From Lama glama (lineage: Eukaryota), in NCBI GenBank assembly GCA_028534125.1, contig CM052816.1:4156001-4220000 (forward strand): a DNA stretch of 64,000 bases, in the 5' to 3' direction. The position numbers were made by a program, and so were the translations under genes. Within the stretch, counting starts at the first letter, position 1; each line of letters opens with the position of its first letter. Below, piece by piece: positions 1-12,730 of this stretch. The notes beneath the pieces were generated by a model. That model did no database searches, was not told where the DNA came from, and saw nothing but the letters and a program-made list of their open reading frames with translations.

Positions 1-1439
1 AGCAGATGTCTGGGCTCAGTGCTCATTCTGAGTATGCGAGCTGGAGGAGGGTGTTAGTTACAGGTGAAGGTACTGTAAACTCAGAGACACCATCTTTCTA
101 CAAACACAAATTCTTTGGTTCTTTAAGTACTTTCTTTGGTTCTTTAAGAACATTTGGGAGCTGCAAATAAGACAGAGCTGCTCGAACACTCACTTCTAAT
201 GAGATCATCAAAGAAAACTAACAAAGAATGTCTGAACTTGGCTCATTTTACAGCCACCTTCCACTGTGCACTCTGTCATTAGGGGATCCCAGCAGGTAAG
301 TCGTAAACAGTGTAAGTTAGTGCTGTTACTAAGCTTCCTGCAAAATCCCAGGACTTAACAAGCTTTTCAGGGTAGAAAGACATTTTATGTATGCTGCTTT
401 GTACATTATGAGTATTTTCCTGCACGGCACCCTGTAATGCACATGGCCAGACCTACCATTTAAGGCTGACAAGACAGATCTACACCACAGAGGAAAACGT
501 GCCCCCAGTGGATGATGAAATACGTGGAGCATGTTTTGTGGTGATGCCATCAATGAAAACTCTTCATTTTTCTAATTACAATATAAGCCAAAAGAAGAAC
601 CCAGGGAGCAGAGAAATGGCACTAGTCAGCATTTTTTTCAGAAAACACCCACGTGGAATTTTAAATAAGCTTTGAATTGAACTAAAAAGCGCCTTTTCCT
701 AAGTTATGTTCTTGCCTGACAATAAAAAAAAATATTTAACAGATAATTTTAAAAGTCAAACTATGTGTAACATGCCCAGATTTATCACTGCAGTTCATTT
801 AGCTAATTAACTGACTAGAATTCTACATTTGGCTTCCTGTTATTTTTTTTAAGATAACAGGAATTATTTTCATGAAGTTTGATTATTACATTAAACTGCA
901 GTAACTCCATCACTCTGTAAAATTATTATGCTACAGAGATCTTCATATTTATGAAAAGCATCAGCATCTCCAATGCCCGAGGCAACCAACGCTTGTCATC
1001 CTAACACACAAGACAATCAAGTCCTACCCAGAGGCAGGCTCTGACACGTGCACACGCAATGCTTAGAAGTTTCCTTCCCAATCTCATAAGCTAAGGTTTA
1101 TGCATTTCAAAATAATCTATACTGTGTATGGACGACGGGAAATTTCAGATTGAACATAGGACTGCTGTGCAACTTAAAGGGGCAGACTATTTTCCAAAGA
1201 GAATCACTATAGTATCTCTCATTCTGCATGCTTCTTTTTTGAATGTAAGGTTGGTCAAGGATGTGGGTGGAGTATATACTGTGGAGGGGTCGGCTTGCAT
1301 CGGAAGAGTTGCTCTTGAGCAGAGCAAGTGTCTAGTATCTCTAAGAATTAGCTGACCCTTGGAGGGCAGTCACTCCAGCATCAGGAAGGCCCCAGATGTC
1401 AAATCATCAGAAATTCAGAAAAGAAAAAGGCATGCTTCC

Positions 1440-1636
1440 AAAGATGATTCCAGCCCCAGTCATCATGCAATCCCATATCTAAGGGCTTTGAGGATCTGGG
1501 CATTTTACAGCTGAGAAAATCTATCCTTGCTGTGCCCTGACTACCTAACCAAGAGAGCCACAGGCATAGTGAGCCAGCTGTTTGATGCCACCTCACTGGA
1601 GGGCAGTTTGTTACACAGCAGTAGATAACCAACACA
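1440..1636 (+). mobile_element. MLT1-type (ERVL-MaLR) LTR remnant
   Basis: Typical MLT1 3' terminus gtttgttacacagcagtagataaccaacaca. Confidence 0.65.
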
Positions 1637-3008
1637 AAGCCCTGGCTGGAGCGATGGTGATTTCGATCAGCTCTGGTTCATTTTGCCTTGTGGAAGGGGG
1701 AGTTCCTGAGTAGGCTGTTTCTCTCAGCATTATATTTTCACCAATTAGTGTTCATGAATGATATGAAAATGTGTTTAGCTTATTTTTCCCCCTGCCTGTG
1801 GGAAGAGTTCTCCTGGATTAGTGGTATTAATTTTTCAACATTCTCATGAAATTTCCCTTATTAAAAAGAGAAGGGACAAGTTGCAGTTTCTAAACCTGTA
1901 CCACCTGAGGCAGTCCTGGTGAAAAACACGTAACCTGACCTTCCTCAGCAAAAAGAACAGCGGCAGGCTTTTGCGTAACCTGTACCAAACCAGAAGGATA
2001 AGTTTTCCCGAGTGGGCACAGAACGGGGAAGAAAGGAGTAAGCTGGGTTTCTAGGGGTCTACTTCTATCTGATTCAGTTCGCTTTTCATGGTGAAATAAC
2101 TCTGGTCTTAAACTGAAAGTAGCATCTAACCCAGAAGAGGGGAAAAAAAAATTATGTGTTTTGTGAGAAGATGAGGAAAATTAAAATTCACAGACATACT
2201 ACCAATTTGAAAAAAAAGAATCTGAGAGCTTTGAAGATTCAACCACAAGAGAGGTGGAAAAGCAACATGACAATCTCCGTGTGGTTAGAGAGAGAGGAAT
2301 GAAGAAAGAAAAGTAAGTTAGGGACAAAGTTTAACTCTTAACTTCCAACCTTATCAAAAAGCATGCCTCTGGAGAGTTCAGAATACACTCCCCTTTTGAG
2401 AGGGTAATTTCACATGATAGGAAAAAAAAAAAACCTCCTTAAAGACTTTAAAAATAGTCACAGGTTCTCAAGGCTCCCATGAGAAAGTAATGACGAATGT
2501 ATGATAATGTGCAATTTCTATTTTATCCCAATATGTTAGTTGAGCCTTAATAACATTTTTGGTCATAAAGTCTAGGATCTGTTTTGGGATCAGAACAAAA
2601 AAGGATAAGACAAAGATGACTGCAAAGTGTTTGTGATTCTATTCATAATTAGAATAGTCAGTCAACAAACTTTTACTGAGCATCTACTATGCACATAGCC
2701 CTGTGGTCTGATGTTCATTTCAGTCAACACAGGCACACTTCCCAGAGTATATGCTAGTCCCTTGAACCAAGGTGGGAACTGATCCATCCAAAAATTATCC
2801 ATTGATTTGTTTCTTCACAAACTTGAATGAAGACTCTTCTGTGTGACCAAACTACCTAGGTCCAGATCTTCTCAAAATTTGGTCGATTATATAGATCCAT
2901 CAGGAGATCTTACTGAAATCTATGCAAAGATGCTCATTCCCCTCAGTACACAGGAGATAATCTATAATTTTCAAAAAATACTTTCCTCAAGACCAAGAGG
3001 AAACCAAA

Positions 3009-3045
3009 ATAATAATAATAATAAATAATAAAAATAATTAATAAT
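3009..3045. repeat. (AAT)n-rich simple repeat
   Basis: aataataataataaataataaaaataattaataat. Confidence 0.85.
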
Positions 3046-3857
3046 AGCAGCAATAGTGAAAATAGTAGCCTTCAAAAGCCTAGATTAAAAAACAGAACTT
3101 TCTAGTATGATGATTGCAGCTAATAATACTGTAATATACATCCGGATGTTGCTGAAACAGTAGATTTTTTTTCAATCAATGAACATTGTTGCAAATTGTT
3201 GCCAAACACTGTTTGTGCAAGTGCTTTGTATTAGTGATGTGCCTTTCCTCCAGATTTCAAGCCACTCCGGCTACTAAATGCCACCATCTTGCCTGAAAAC
3301 ATTGCGAGAGTATAGTTTGGTGTTTGCCACATACTCTCCATGAGCCACAGACCGAAAGGCAAAAGTTCTTTGGAAAACTAAGCCTGTTTTCATAGGGTGA
3401 CTGGTAGAGAAGCTGTTCACACAACTGGATAGGATGGGGTCAGGTCACTGTGCTTCTGTTTGGGCTCTCAAACCAGCTTGGTACTGCTCTCTGTGAGCCT
3501 CTGTGCACATGTGGATACTTCACACATCGCTTCTAGGGCCTTTTGACCTAGATTTGTTGGTTTCTGCTGCTGACAGAACAGCTTGGAAATGAATAGCCAT
3601 ATGGGATATGTGACCTTTTAAAACCTAGGTGTTTTGGACTATGCCACTAACCAGGAGGTAAGACTCTAGTCCATTACCTCACGAGTTAATCAGATTTTAA
3701 GAAGACATGTATTTAAAACGTGCTGTGATGAGTAGAACTGTTCAGTGTATTGGGGACACAGAGTGGAATGTGAAGGAGAAATGCGAACGCCCGTCATGAA
3801 AACATTGCCCTCTTTAAGGTAAAGACCGCTTCCTGCAGGGAGGGATCACTCAATGCA

Positions 3858-4232
3858 TTTTTTAAAGCTGAGATTTAATCCACATGTAGTATTGTACTGT
3901 ATCAGGTGTACAACATAATGATTTGATACATGTACACACTGTGAAATGATTACCACTGTAAGTTTAGTGATCATGCATCACCACACACAGTTACAATTTT
4001 TTTCCCTTGTGTTAAGAACTTTTAAGATGGACTCTCTTAGCAACTTTCAAATATACAACTCATTATTGTTAACTGTAGTCACCATGCTGTACATTATATC
4101 CCCTGAAATTATTTATCTTATAACTGGAAGTTTGTACCTTTTGACCAACTTCACCCATTTCGTCCAGCCCTCCCCTCCACCATCTGCCCCTGGGAACCAC
4201 CCATCTGTTTTGTGTATGTATGAGGTAGGGGT

Positions 4233-4279
<47 letters not shown>

Positions 4280-4792
4280 AAGGTTCCTCATGTGAGATCA
4301 TACACTATTTGTACTTTCTGTGTCTGGTCTGACTTATTTCACTTAACATAATAGCCTCAAGGTCCAACCAAGTTGTCTCCAAGAAATGGCAGGATTTCTT
4401 TCTTTTTATGGCTGAATTATATTCCATTGCATGTGTGCATATGTGTACATATATACATAGAGAGAGAGAGAGAGAGAGAGAGAGTGTGCACATGCAAGCG
4501 AGAGCACTATTGTATATAATACTGCAATGAACATGGGGCTGCAGATATCTTTTCAAGATAATGATTTCATTTCCTTCAAATTAATATCCAGAAGGAGATG
4601 CTGGATCAGATGGTAGTTTTATTTTTAATTTTTTGAGGAAACTGCGTACTGTTTTCCATAATGGCTGTACCAGTTGATATTCCCACCAACAGTGTACAAG
4701 GGCTCCTTTTTCTCCATATCCTTGCTAACACTTGTCATTTTTTGTCTTTTTGATAATAGCTATTGTAATAAGTGTGAGGTGATACCTCACTG
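3858..4792 (-). mobile_element. LINE-1 3' end (L1MA/L1MB-like) containing (TG)n and (AG)n microsatellites
   Basis: Antisense L1 3'UTR/ORF2 end motifs (caggtgtacaacataatgatttg; gacttatttcacttaacataat; ttttgaggaaactgcgtactgttttccataatggctgtacc). (TG)n at 4235-4276, (AG)n at 4459-4484. Confidence 0.9.
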
Positions 4793-5171
4793 TCAGCACA
4801 TCTTTAAATCACAAGGCACTGCACCTGTGGTGGAGTTCACGGCTGAGGGGCAAAGGCGTCTGGGTCGCACTCTCACAGTAAGAAGAGTCACTCTTTAAGA
4901 GGCACTTTAAGGAATCAAGGACTACATTCGATCATTTATAAAAGACTTAAGTTCTTAAAAATCTTCAAGTTTAGTTTTAAAGGCACAAACATTAATTTCA
5001 ACACATCTGATATCTATTTTATTGTTAAAGCTTCACACTGATCCTTCAGAAGACAGAATGCCTGTGGTCAGTTATCAGTTTCAACTACAAGATTTTTATT
5101 CCCAACAATAATCTTAGTCCTATAAAAGTAAAGAAGGATTACTTCATTAAAGCTTTAGGAAGGAAAAAGAG

Positions 5172-5408
5172 TGATGATGATTGTTGCTAATGATCCTGTA
5201 TTATATACTTCAATGTTGGTAAGAGAATAGATCTTACATGTTCTCATCGCAAGAAAAGAAAAAGGTAATTATGTGGCAGGATGGAGGTGTAAGCTAATGC
5301 CATAGTGATGACCATTTTGCAATAGGGAAATGTACCAAATCAACAGGCTGTACATCTTAAACTTACGTAACGTTATATGTCAATGACATCTCAATAAAGC
5401 TGGAAAAA
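5172..5408 (+). mobile_element. LINE-1 3' terminal fragment
   Basis: gagaatagatcttacatgttctcatc...ttatatgtcaatgacatctcaataaagctggaaaaa, a canonical L1MA/MB tail. Confidence 0.85.
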
Positions 5409-5629
5409 TCAAGATTAAACCATAAAGACAGAACTTTCAGATTATCACAGACCTAAAAGGTCCTTGAGGATGGCAGACCCACGTTTATCCTTAATCCTCC
5501 CTACCATCCTGATCTGGCTTTATTTGGCCCCATGCCCAGTTTGTCCCTGCTTGCCTTCCAGCCTCATCCCACTCCTCTCCCAGGATGGGTGGACTTTGAC
5601 TTCCTCTGAAGCACTAAGCTCTTCCAACT

Positions 5630-5910
5630 CTTTTTTTTTTTAATTGAATTATAGTTGATTTACAGTGTTGTGTGAGTTTCTGGTGTACAGTGTAGTGATT
5701 CAGTTATACATACATTTTTTTCATTGTAGGTTATTATGTGACATTGAATATAGTTCCCTGCACTAGACAGGAGTTCCTTGTTGTTTATCTCTCTTATATA
5801 CAGTAGTTTGTATCTGCTAATTGCAAACTCCTCTTTTCTCCCTCCCCCGCCTTCCCCCTTTGGTAACCAGAAGTTTGTTTTCAACATCTCTGAGTCTGTT
5901 TCTGTTTTGT
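5630..5910 (-). mobile_element. Lineage-specific LINE-1 3' end
   Basis: Poly(T) followed by aattgaattatagttgatttacagtgttgtg...ccctttggtaaccagaagtttgttttc. Confidence 0.85.
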
Positions 5911-6425
5911 CTTGAGGCTCTGCTCATTCTGGAACCTCCTCCCTCACCCAGGATTCAGTCAACTGACTCCTTTTCCTGTAGGCTCAGCTTGAGCCAGAGC
6001 CTCTCTGACCCCAAAGATTAGGTCCTTCTCTCACTATGCTCTGTTCTCACAGGACCCTGTTATTTCCTTTTCATCCACCTCCTATTATGATGAGATTAGA
6101 ACAGAGGATCATTCATGGGGTTCTTTGTTTGATGTGTACCTCCTCCAATAAAACCTGAACTCCAAACCGGCAGACACCACAGCTTACAACCTACGTATCC
6201 CAGAACCTTAAACAGCACCTAGCCACCTAGTGAATGCTCAAAGAATATGCTGAACGGATGGATAACAAACACCCAAAATCTTTCCTCTGGTGCCAGATCA
6301 ACTTTCACTTATTTCCCAGACTCATTTCAAATTCTGTCTTCTTGAGAAAGCTTTTCTTAACAATCCTCTCTGTGAGAACAAATCCTCTGGGTTGAGACCT
6401 TTGAGTGCAGGGAAAGACTCTAACA

Positions 6426-6924
6426 GAGGCAGATCTCAGAGACATTGTGGGTTCAGTTCTAGACCACCACAGTAAAGAGAGTTACATGAATTTTCTGGTT
6501 TCCCAGTGCAAATAAAAGTGGTATTTACACTGGACTTTAGTAAGCATGCAATAGTATTATGTATAAAAAGTAAACATACTTTCATGAAAAAATATCTATG
6601 GTTAAAAAATGTTAAAAAAGCGAATCTGAGCCTTCAGCGAATTGTAATCTTCAGGCAATGGTAATATCAAAGATCGCTGATCACAAGTCACCATAACAAA
6701 TACAAAAAGAAAAGGTTTGAAACATTGCGAGAATTAAAAAGTATGACTGAGAGATAGAAGCCGAGCAAATGCTGCTGGGGAAATTGTGCCTGTGATAGAC
6801 TTGCTTGTTCGAGAGTTGCCACAAACCTTCAGTTAAAAAAAACAAAACAAAAAACCCAACCCCCCCGCCCCCACAATTCTGCAAAATGCAGTAAAGCAAG
6901 GCAAGATATAACCAGGTAGGCCTG
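6426..6924 (-). mobile_element. Internally deleted Tigger1 (Tigger1a_Art-like) DNA transposon
   Basis: Degenerate CAGGCATACCTC-type TIRs at both ends; colinear with a second copy at 54607-55078. Confidence 0.85.
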
Positions 6925-7884
6925 TCTATCTAAGGATAGTTGGTGCCTGCCATGATTCCGAACACTTTGGTAAGGGCTCTTTGATAAATGTTTCATACAC
7001 CCAACTCAGTAGTTTGTCTACAGAAAATTTTAAAACATGAGGAACCTTATTTTGTGTTTTAACATAAATACATAAAGTATCAAAGAGTCAAAAGAGTTGT
7101 CTTGGCTGACACAAGTTTTAACGTATGCAGCAAGAACAAAGACAAAGAATAGCAATGGAGCATATTCTCTTTTGTTTTTTTTTAAACCATCTCAAAGGTA
7201 TCACCAACATTCTATAACCGGATATAAAAAAGAAAGTTTCTGAAGGAAGGGAGATGATAGTTATAAATGAACAGAGAGTTCAAAAGAATGCTTGTCATCA
7301 CACACTGAGTGTCACCTGTGAAAAATAATCCTTATTCAAAAGAATCTTTTCCTAGGTATTGCTTCCTTTCCCTTTTAGCATATCACGGAATCTTTGTAAA
7401 GTCTCTTGATCACACCACCGGCTCCCTCCTGAGCTCGGGGTTACACCTGTAAAACAGCCATCTCCCTGGGCAGCTCCCTGCTGTTGGCTAGAACTTCATT
7501 CAGTGTGAATCTTCTGGAGTCTGAATTCACACTCAGTGTCATGTACCTTGCTATGCTGTTTAAGGAGAACAGCTCAGTCCTTAAAAGAGATTAACCTGCC
7601 TATCACAGGAAGATGCCTCATACTGTTTGGGCACAGGCAAGCTGTACAAAGCAGTGAAAGCTTTAAATGAAACTTTGAAGTATCAAACCATTTATTCATG
7701 TGTGTGTGTTATAATTGTGTACCTGTTCTGTTCACTCATGAAATGAAACTTGTTTGGCTCAGATCATGCTCTAAAACCTAGTGCTTTGCATTCAGGTAGC
7801 ATTTTACACCTTCGAAGCCTTTGCACAAACAGTAAACAACTAGACAAAGAGGATAATACCCCTGACTTGGGAGGTGACTGCCCC

Positions 7885-8028
7885 TGAGGTTCTCAAAGTG
7901 CTTCCGGGTCTGGAAGCAGAAGCATCAGCGTCACCTGGGAACTTGTCAGAAATGCAGATTCCTGGGCCCGATCCCAGGAACTCCAGAATCCAAGTGATTC
8001 TGAGACATGATCGAGTTTGAGAACTGCC
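7885..8028. mobile_element. MER5A-type hAT-Charlie MITE
   Basis: gttctcaaagtg...catcagcgtcacctgggaacttgtcagaaatgcagattcctgggccc...gtttgagaac. Confidence 0.85.
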
Positions 8029-8069
8029 GGCTTCAAGAAAGATGCACAGCAGATTTAGTATGGGGTTGG

Positions 8070-8280
8070 CGAAGGCCATGAAGAAGACTCACCAAGTGTT
8101 AGGGTTGAAACCTGGCTCCTCCATGTGTGGCAGCAAATTGTTCACAGACGTGGTCTCATTTCCCCCATCTCAAAAACAGGAGTAGTAATAATACTTATCA
8201 CAAGGAGTTGCTACAAAAATTAAACGGTGAGATGCATGGAGTGCTTGGCATAGCATCCAATAAATGTTAGTAATTATCAA
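8070..8280 (+). mobile_element. MIR SINE
   Basis: MIR core-like gtctcatttcccccatctcaaaaacaggagtagtaataatactta. Confidence 0.7.
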
Positions 8281-8404
8281 ATGGGTCAGGTCTCTGAAAT
8301 ACAGAGGCTGGAAGTTGGGAAAGGCCTAAAGGCAGGAGAATAGGAAAATTTTTAAATTATATATGACTGAAAAAGAGTAGAAGCCAACAAAGAAATAAAA
8401 TGAC

Positions 8405-8985
8405 AATGCACCTCAATGTTCATAGCGACATTATTTACAATTGCCAAGATATGGAAGCAACCTAAGTGTCCATCAACAGATGAATGGATAAAGAAGACAC
8501 ACATGATGGAATCCTACTCAGCCATAAAAAGAATGAGATTTTGCCATTTGCAGCAACATGGATGGACTTGAAGAGTATTAGGCGAAGTGAAATAAATCAG
8601 ACAGAGAAAGATAAATATTGTATGATAGCACTTATATGGGGGATCTAAAAAAATCCAACAAAACTAGTGAATATAACAAAAAAGAAGCAGATTCACAAAT
8701 ATAGACAACAAGCTAGTGGTTACCAGTGGGGAAAGGAAGAGGGGGAAACACAGGGGTAGGGGATTAAGAAGTACAAACTATTATGTATAAAACAAGCTAC
8801 AAGGATATATTGTACAAGGGGTTTTATAACTATAGTATATAACCTTTAAAAATTCACTCACTAGAAATTGAAACATTGTAAACTGACTATACTTCAAAAA
8901 AATGCAAAAAAATTGTGACTCACTATACTGTACACCTGTAATTTATATATTATACATCAACTATACTTCAATAAAAAATAAAATG
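8405..8985 (+). mobile_element. LINE-1 3' end with a nested ~40-bp young L1 tail
   Basis: gatatggaagcaacctaagtgtccatcaacagatgaatggataaag...aactatacttcaataaaaa. Confidence 0.9.
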
Positions 8986-10099
8986 AAATACATAAGTAAA
9001 ATGACAAGGCATGCATTTATTGCAAGGTTAAGTCTTATCTGCATACTTGAGTCGTGTGGAAACCCCGCTTACCCCACAAACGTCACAACCATCTGTAATA
9101 ACATCACACGCGATCCCCCGTGTGCTTTCCTTACCTAACACAGAGGGAGGAAGACTAAGCAAGGAGTGGTATTTCTTTACATCTTTATAAAAGCACTGCC
9201 TTTTTTCAAGCCTTTATATGTTATACCCAGAAATTCTACAGCTGCCTTGCTTCTGTACCATTATTGATATCAAACACGCTGCTGGGGCTGCAGGAAAAAT
9301 AAAACAGGAATTTTTTTTTGTGCAAAACAGCTTAGGGGGAACGCAATGCTAACTCAGAACTGCTCAGAACAGTGAGTTTAAGCAACGGTGAATCCTCCCA
9401 ACTGTACAATTTGCAAGCGTGCTTTTTTCACTACATGGAAACAAGTCAAAGGCATGAAATGCTGGCTCTGACAGCTGTTGTCTCTCATTTTCAACCTGAC
9501 ATAATGAGTTTCAAGACTTCAAGGCTGCTGCCCAGAAGTGGTGGTGAGGCTTGAGGAATTGGTTTGGAAGAGTGAAGAAATTGAACAAAAGGAAGGAACA
9601 AATCATGATCTCATTTTTTTTTCTCTTGAGCTATCAGTCTAGCATTTGTTTACTCCTGGTGGAATCCTACAACTCAAACTATGATTCTTCCTGGTGCAAA
9701 ATACACAAGGGTATTTCAGTCTCACATTTTAAAGGCCCAGCCTAGCGACACAAAGAGATGGGGGTGGACACACAAGGGTGACTGATCAGAAGAATCTTGC
9801 TTACCACCTGCTGAGGGTGTGATATTATTTCCTGCTTCCTCATAAACTAAGAATATTCTAATTATATTGAATTATATTAATTTATACATTATCTTCTTAC
9901 AGAATGCAAAATGAACTTCATTGCTTTTGAATTTTGTGCTGTCATTCCCACAAAAGAAATCAGTAATTTGCACATTAACATTCCTCCTGCCAATACTAAA
10001 ATTCACCATATTCAATTAGGAAGTAGATGCCAGGGGTGAGGGAGTGAATGACACTTTAACCTAGTATGACAGAAAAGATCACAAGGGCATGCAGTGGAA

Positions 10100-10362
10100 C
10101 CAGGACGGGCAAACAAGGACCCAGAGGCCGGATCAAGCTAGCCACACTTTTAGATGGTTGAAAAACACTCGAGAATAACATTTCATGACTCATGAAAATT
10201 ACGTGAAATTCAAATTTCAGTGTCCCTATGTAAAGTTTTATTGCAACATATGCATATTGTCTATGGCTATTTTGGTGTGACAATGACAGAGACGGTAGAG
10301 CCTACGAAGATTAAAGTGCTTACCATCTGGCTCTTTATAGAAAAAAAATTGCCCACCCTTGA
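10100..10362. mobile_element. MER58B-like hAT-Charlie element
   Basis: gaaattcaaatttcagtgtcc...aaagttttattg...tctggctctttatagaaaaaaaattgcccaccctt. Confidence 0.8.
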
Positions 10363-10986
10363 GTTAAACAAAGAATAACTGACTTGATTGGGCTTTTCCC
10401 AAACTGCAAGTCCCCAGGTGGATTTTTCACTTAGGATTAGTGAAACAACAACATTGAAAAGTTCAAGATTCCACTGGAGGAAGGAAAGGAGCACCTTGGC
10501 ACACAGTCAGTAGGTCAACACTCCACATTCTTGTATCTTTAATAATGGGAGGGAAGAGATGGGTCTACTGGTTCCATCTTTCACCGTTAGACCTTTCTGC
10601 CAACTGAAAAGGAACATGTGTGCTTCAAAAACTGGAATAATTACAATAACGGTAACAGCAACATGGACTGAATGCTTTCAGTATTCTGGGGGGGGAAAGT
10701 GTTACTTGATTGAATCCTCATGGTAACCTTGTGATGTCATTTTTATCATTCCCATTTTACAGAGGAGGACAATGGAGCTTAAAAAGCTTAACCTTGCCTG
10801 GTCAGTGATTAAGGCTTGCTATTAACCCCTGCAAACATCATTTAAACTTTAAAATATCACTTACTCCATTTCTTATAATTTGAATATCTACCTTTCTTGT
10901 TGGGCAGTAAAAACTGGGAAGTACAACATGATGGTGACTGAAACATCAAGTCAGTTTGAATGATTAAGAAGAATAGCATGCATTGC

Positions 10987-11420
10987 TGTGGTTGGACTAC
11001 TAGTTGTCTAGCTATTATCTAGCTCTCCTCTTTCTTTGTTAAAAGACCCTGACCTCATTCAAGGTTGATCTGTACCTATTCCTAAGTGAGATGTACTTTC
11101 CAAATCTCCCTGACAGCTGGAGTGACTCTAGAACATGATTTGGGCCAAGGAGATGCAGAGAAAGATCTGTTGGGGGCTCTTGGAAAATATTTTTTTCTAA
11201 TTAAAAAAATATATGATTGGAATCACTCCTGTTTTCTCCTTCTCTATGCTTGAAAAGTAGATGTGATGTCCGGAGTTACAGCAGTCATCTTGTGATCATG
11301 AGGCAACTTGCACAGAGATAAAACAAAGAATTGCAGAGATGCTGCTCCTGAACCAAGGACAGCAACTGCTATCTCCAGTTTTCTTAATTAGGTCACTACC
11401 TGTTGTCATTCTTAACTGAT
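10987..11420. mobile_element. Old MLT1 (J/K-like) LTR
   Basis: gcagtcatcttgtgatcatgaggcaac and overall MLT1 layout. Confidence 0.55.
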
Positions 11421-11789
11421 AGAGCTACACAAGAAAGCAATAAAAATCTAAGTCATCTCCTCTTTGGGTCCTTCCTGTTTTTTGGATGAACTGTACCTAA
11501 GAAAATATTTCAAACTCTTATGATATTTCTAGACAAATAAACACTCTAAACTTGCACTAAGCCTTTATTAAAATCTAACAGTTATTCATTTGTTCTTTCA
11601 TTCTCTCACTCAAAGAAAAAATACCCTCTAAGAATCTATTGCTACAGATCAGGCATGGTTACAGACACTTGAAAAGAAAGCCTCAGAACTCATAGAAAAG
11701 GAGAGAGGCATTTGCATCAGAAAGTCTAATTGCCAGGGATCATTTCTGTGACCATACTCTGGATGGCCATGGGATGCAACTGTTAACAA

Positions 11790-12020
11790 TCCAGTCTCTT
11801 GAGTCAAAAAGACCAGGGTCTGAACTCATATTCTGCCACTTAACAGCTGAGGAACTTAGGAGAGTCACTTAACTTCCTCCTGAGCCTGTCTCTTCATCTA
11901 TAATAGGTGAATAACAATATCTACTCATAAGGTTGCTGGGTGATAAGTGAGAATACACTTGTGGTGCCCAGAACAGCCAGGCACACACAGTAAATTAATG
12001 GAAGCTGCCATCATTACTGT
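11790..12020 (+). mobile_element. MIR SINE
   Basis: tctgccacttaacagctg...agtcacttaacttcctcctgagcctgtctcttcatctataat. Confidence 0.85.
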
Positions 12021-12039
12021 TGTTATCAGCATACCAGGA

Positions 12040-12730
12040 TATGAACAACATACATGTAAGTGCTGATGAGGAAAGATGGGTGGGGAGGAAGAAAGTAGGT
12101 GTGAACCACAGGAGGCTGCCTGGAGAGAGGGACACGTCAGCTACAAATGGAAAGATGAATAGGAATTTGCTGGAGAGAACTAAGAGGGAGAGCAAGATAT
12201 TCTGAGCATGGGTAACCGCCTTATGGGGGAAGTATTTGGCAGAACTGGCAGATGGAGCCAAGACTAGCGTGAGCCCTGAGACGGGCAAGGAATGAAACTG
12301 AAAGGCCAGGCAGCAGCCAGATTGTGCAGGGTCTGATAAACACCAGGCTGAGTCTGGAGCTTTATACCATAAACAGAGAGAAACCTCTGAAGGATTATAA
12401 TCAAGGAAGTGACATAATCAGGTCTCTGTTCTGGATGGATAACTGGCAGCAGAATTGGAGATGGGCTGGAGTTGAGCAACAGGTACCATTAGGAGGTTAT
12501 TTCCATAAACCAGCCAAAGGATAACAGGGAACCAAACCAGAACACCGACATTGGAGCACAAGGAGGGCGGTAGGTTTTAGAGTTACTCTGAAGGTAGAAA
12601 GATAAAATTTAGAGACTAGTGAGTTTTGGGAAATTAAGAAAGTTGAAGACTCACAACTGACTTGGCGTTGTCTTGATTGCGGAGTTGAGGGGCTATTAAG
12701 TGCTATTACCTGAGACAGGAACATTCAGGA
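12040..12730 (+). mobile_element. LINE-2 fragment
   Basis: L2-like purine-rich tract (agagaaacctctgaaggattataatcaaggaagtgacataatcaggtc). Confidence 0.7.

Noticed and set aside
111..148. 17-bp direct repeat ttctttggttctttaag
   Set aside because: Only two copies; simple slippage duplication, not an array or CRISPR.
254..295. 42-nt plus-strand micro-exon-like motif (ttttacag|...cag|gtaagt)
   Set aside because: Short pyrimidine tract, unrecognised peptide, no partner exons, and opposite to the putative host strand. Such motifs occur by chance.
7310..7335. Minus-strand AG|GT recursive-splice-like site (tttttcacag|gtgaca)
   Set aside because: The regenerated donor GTGACA is weak and there is no other support.
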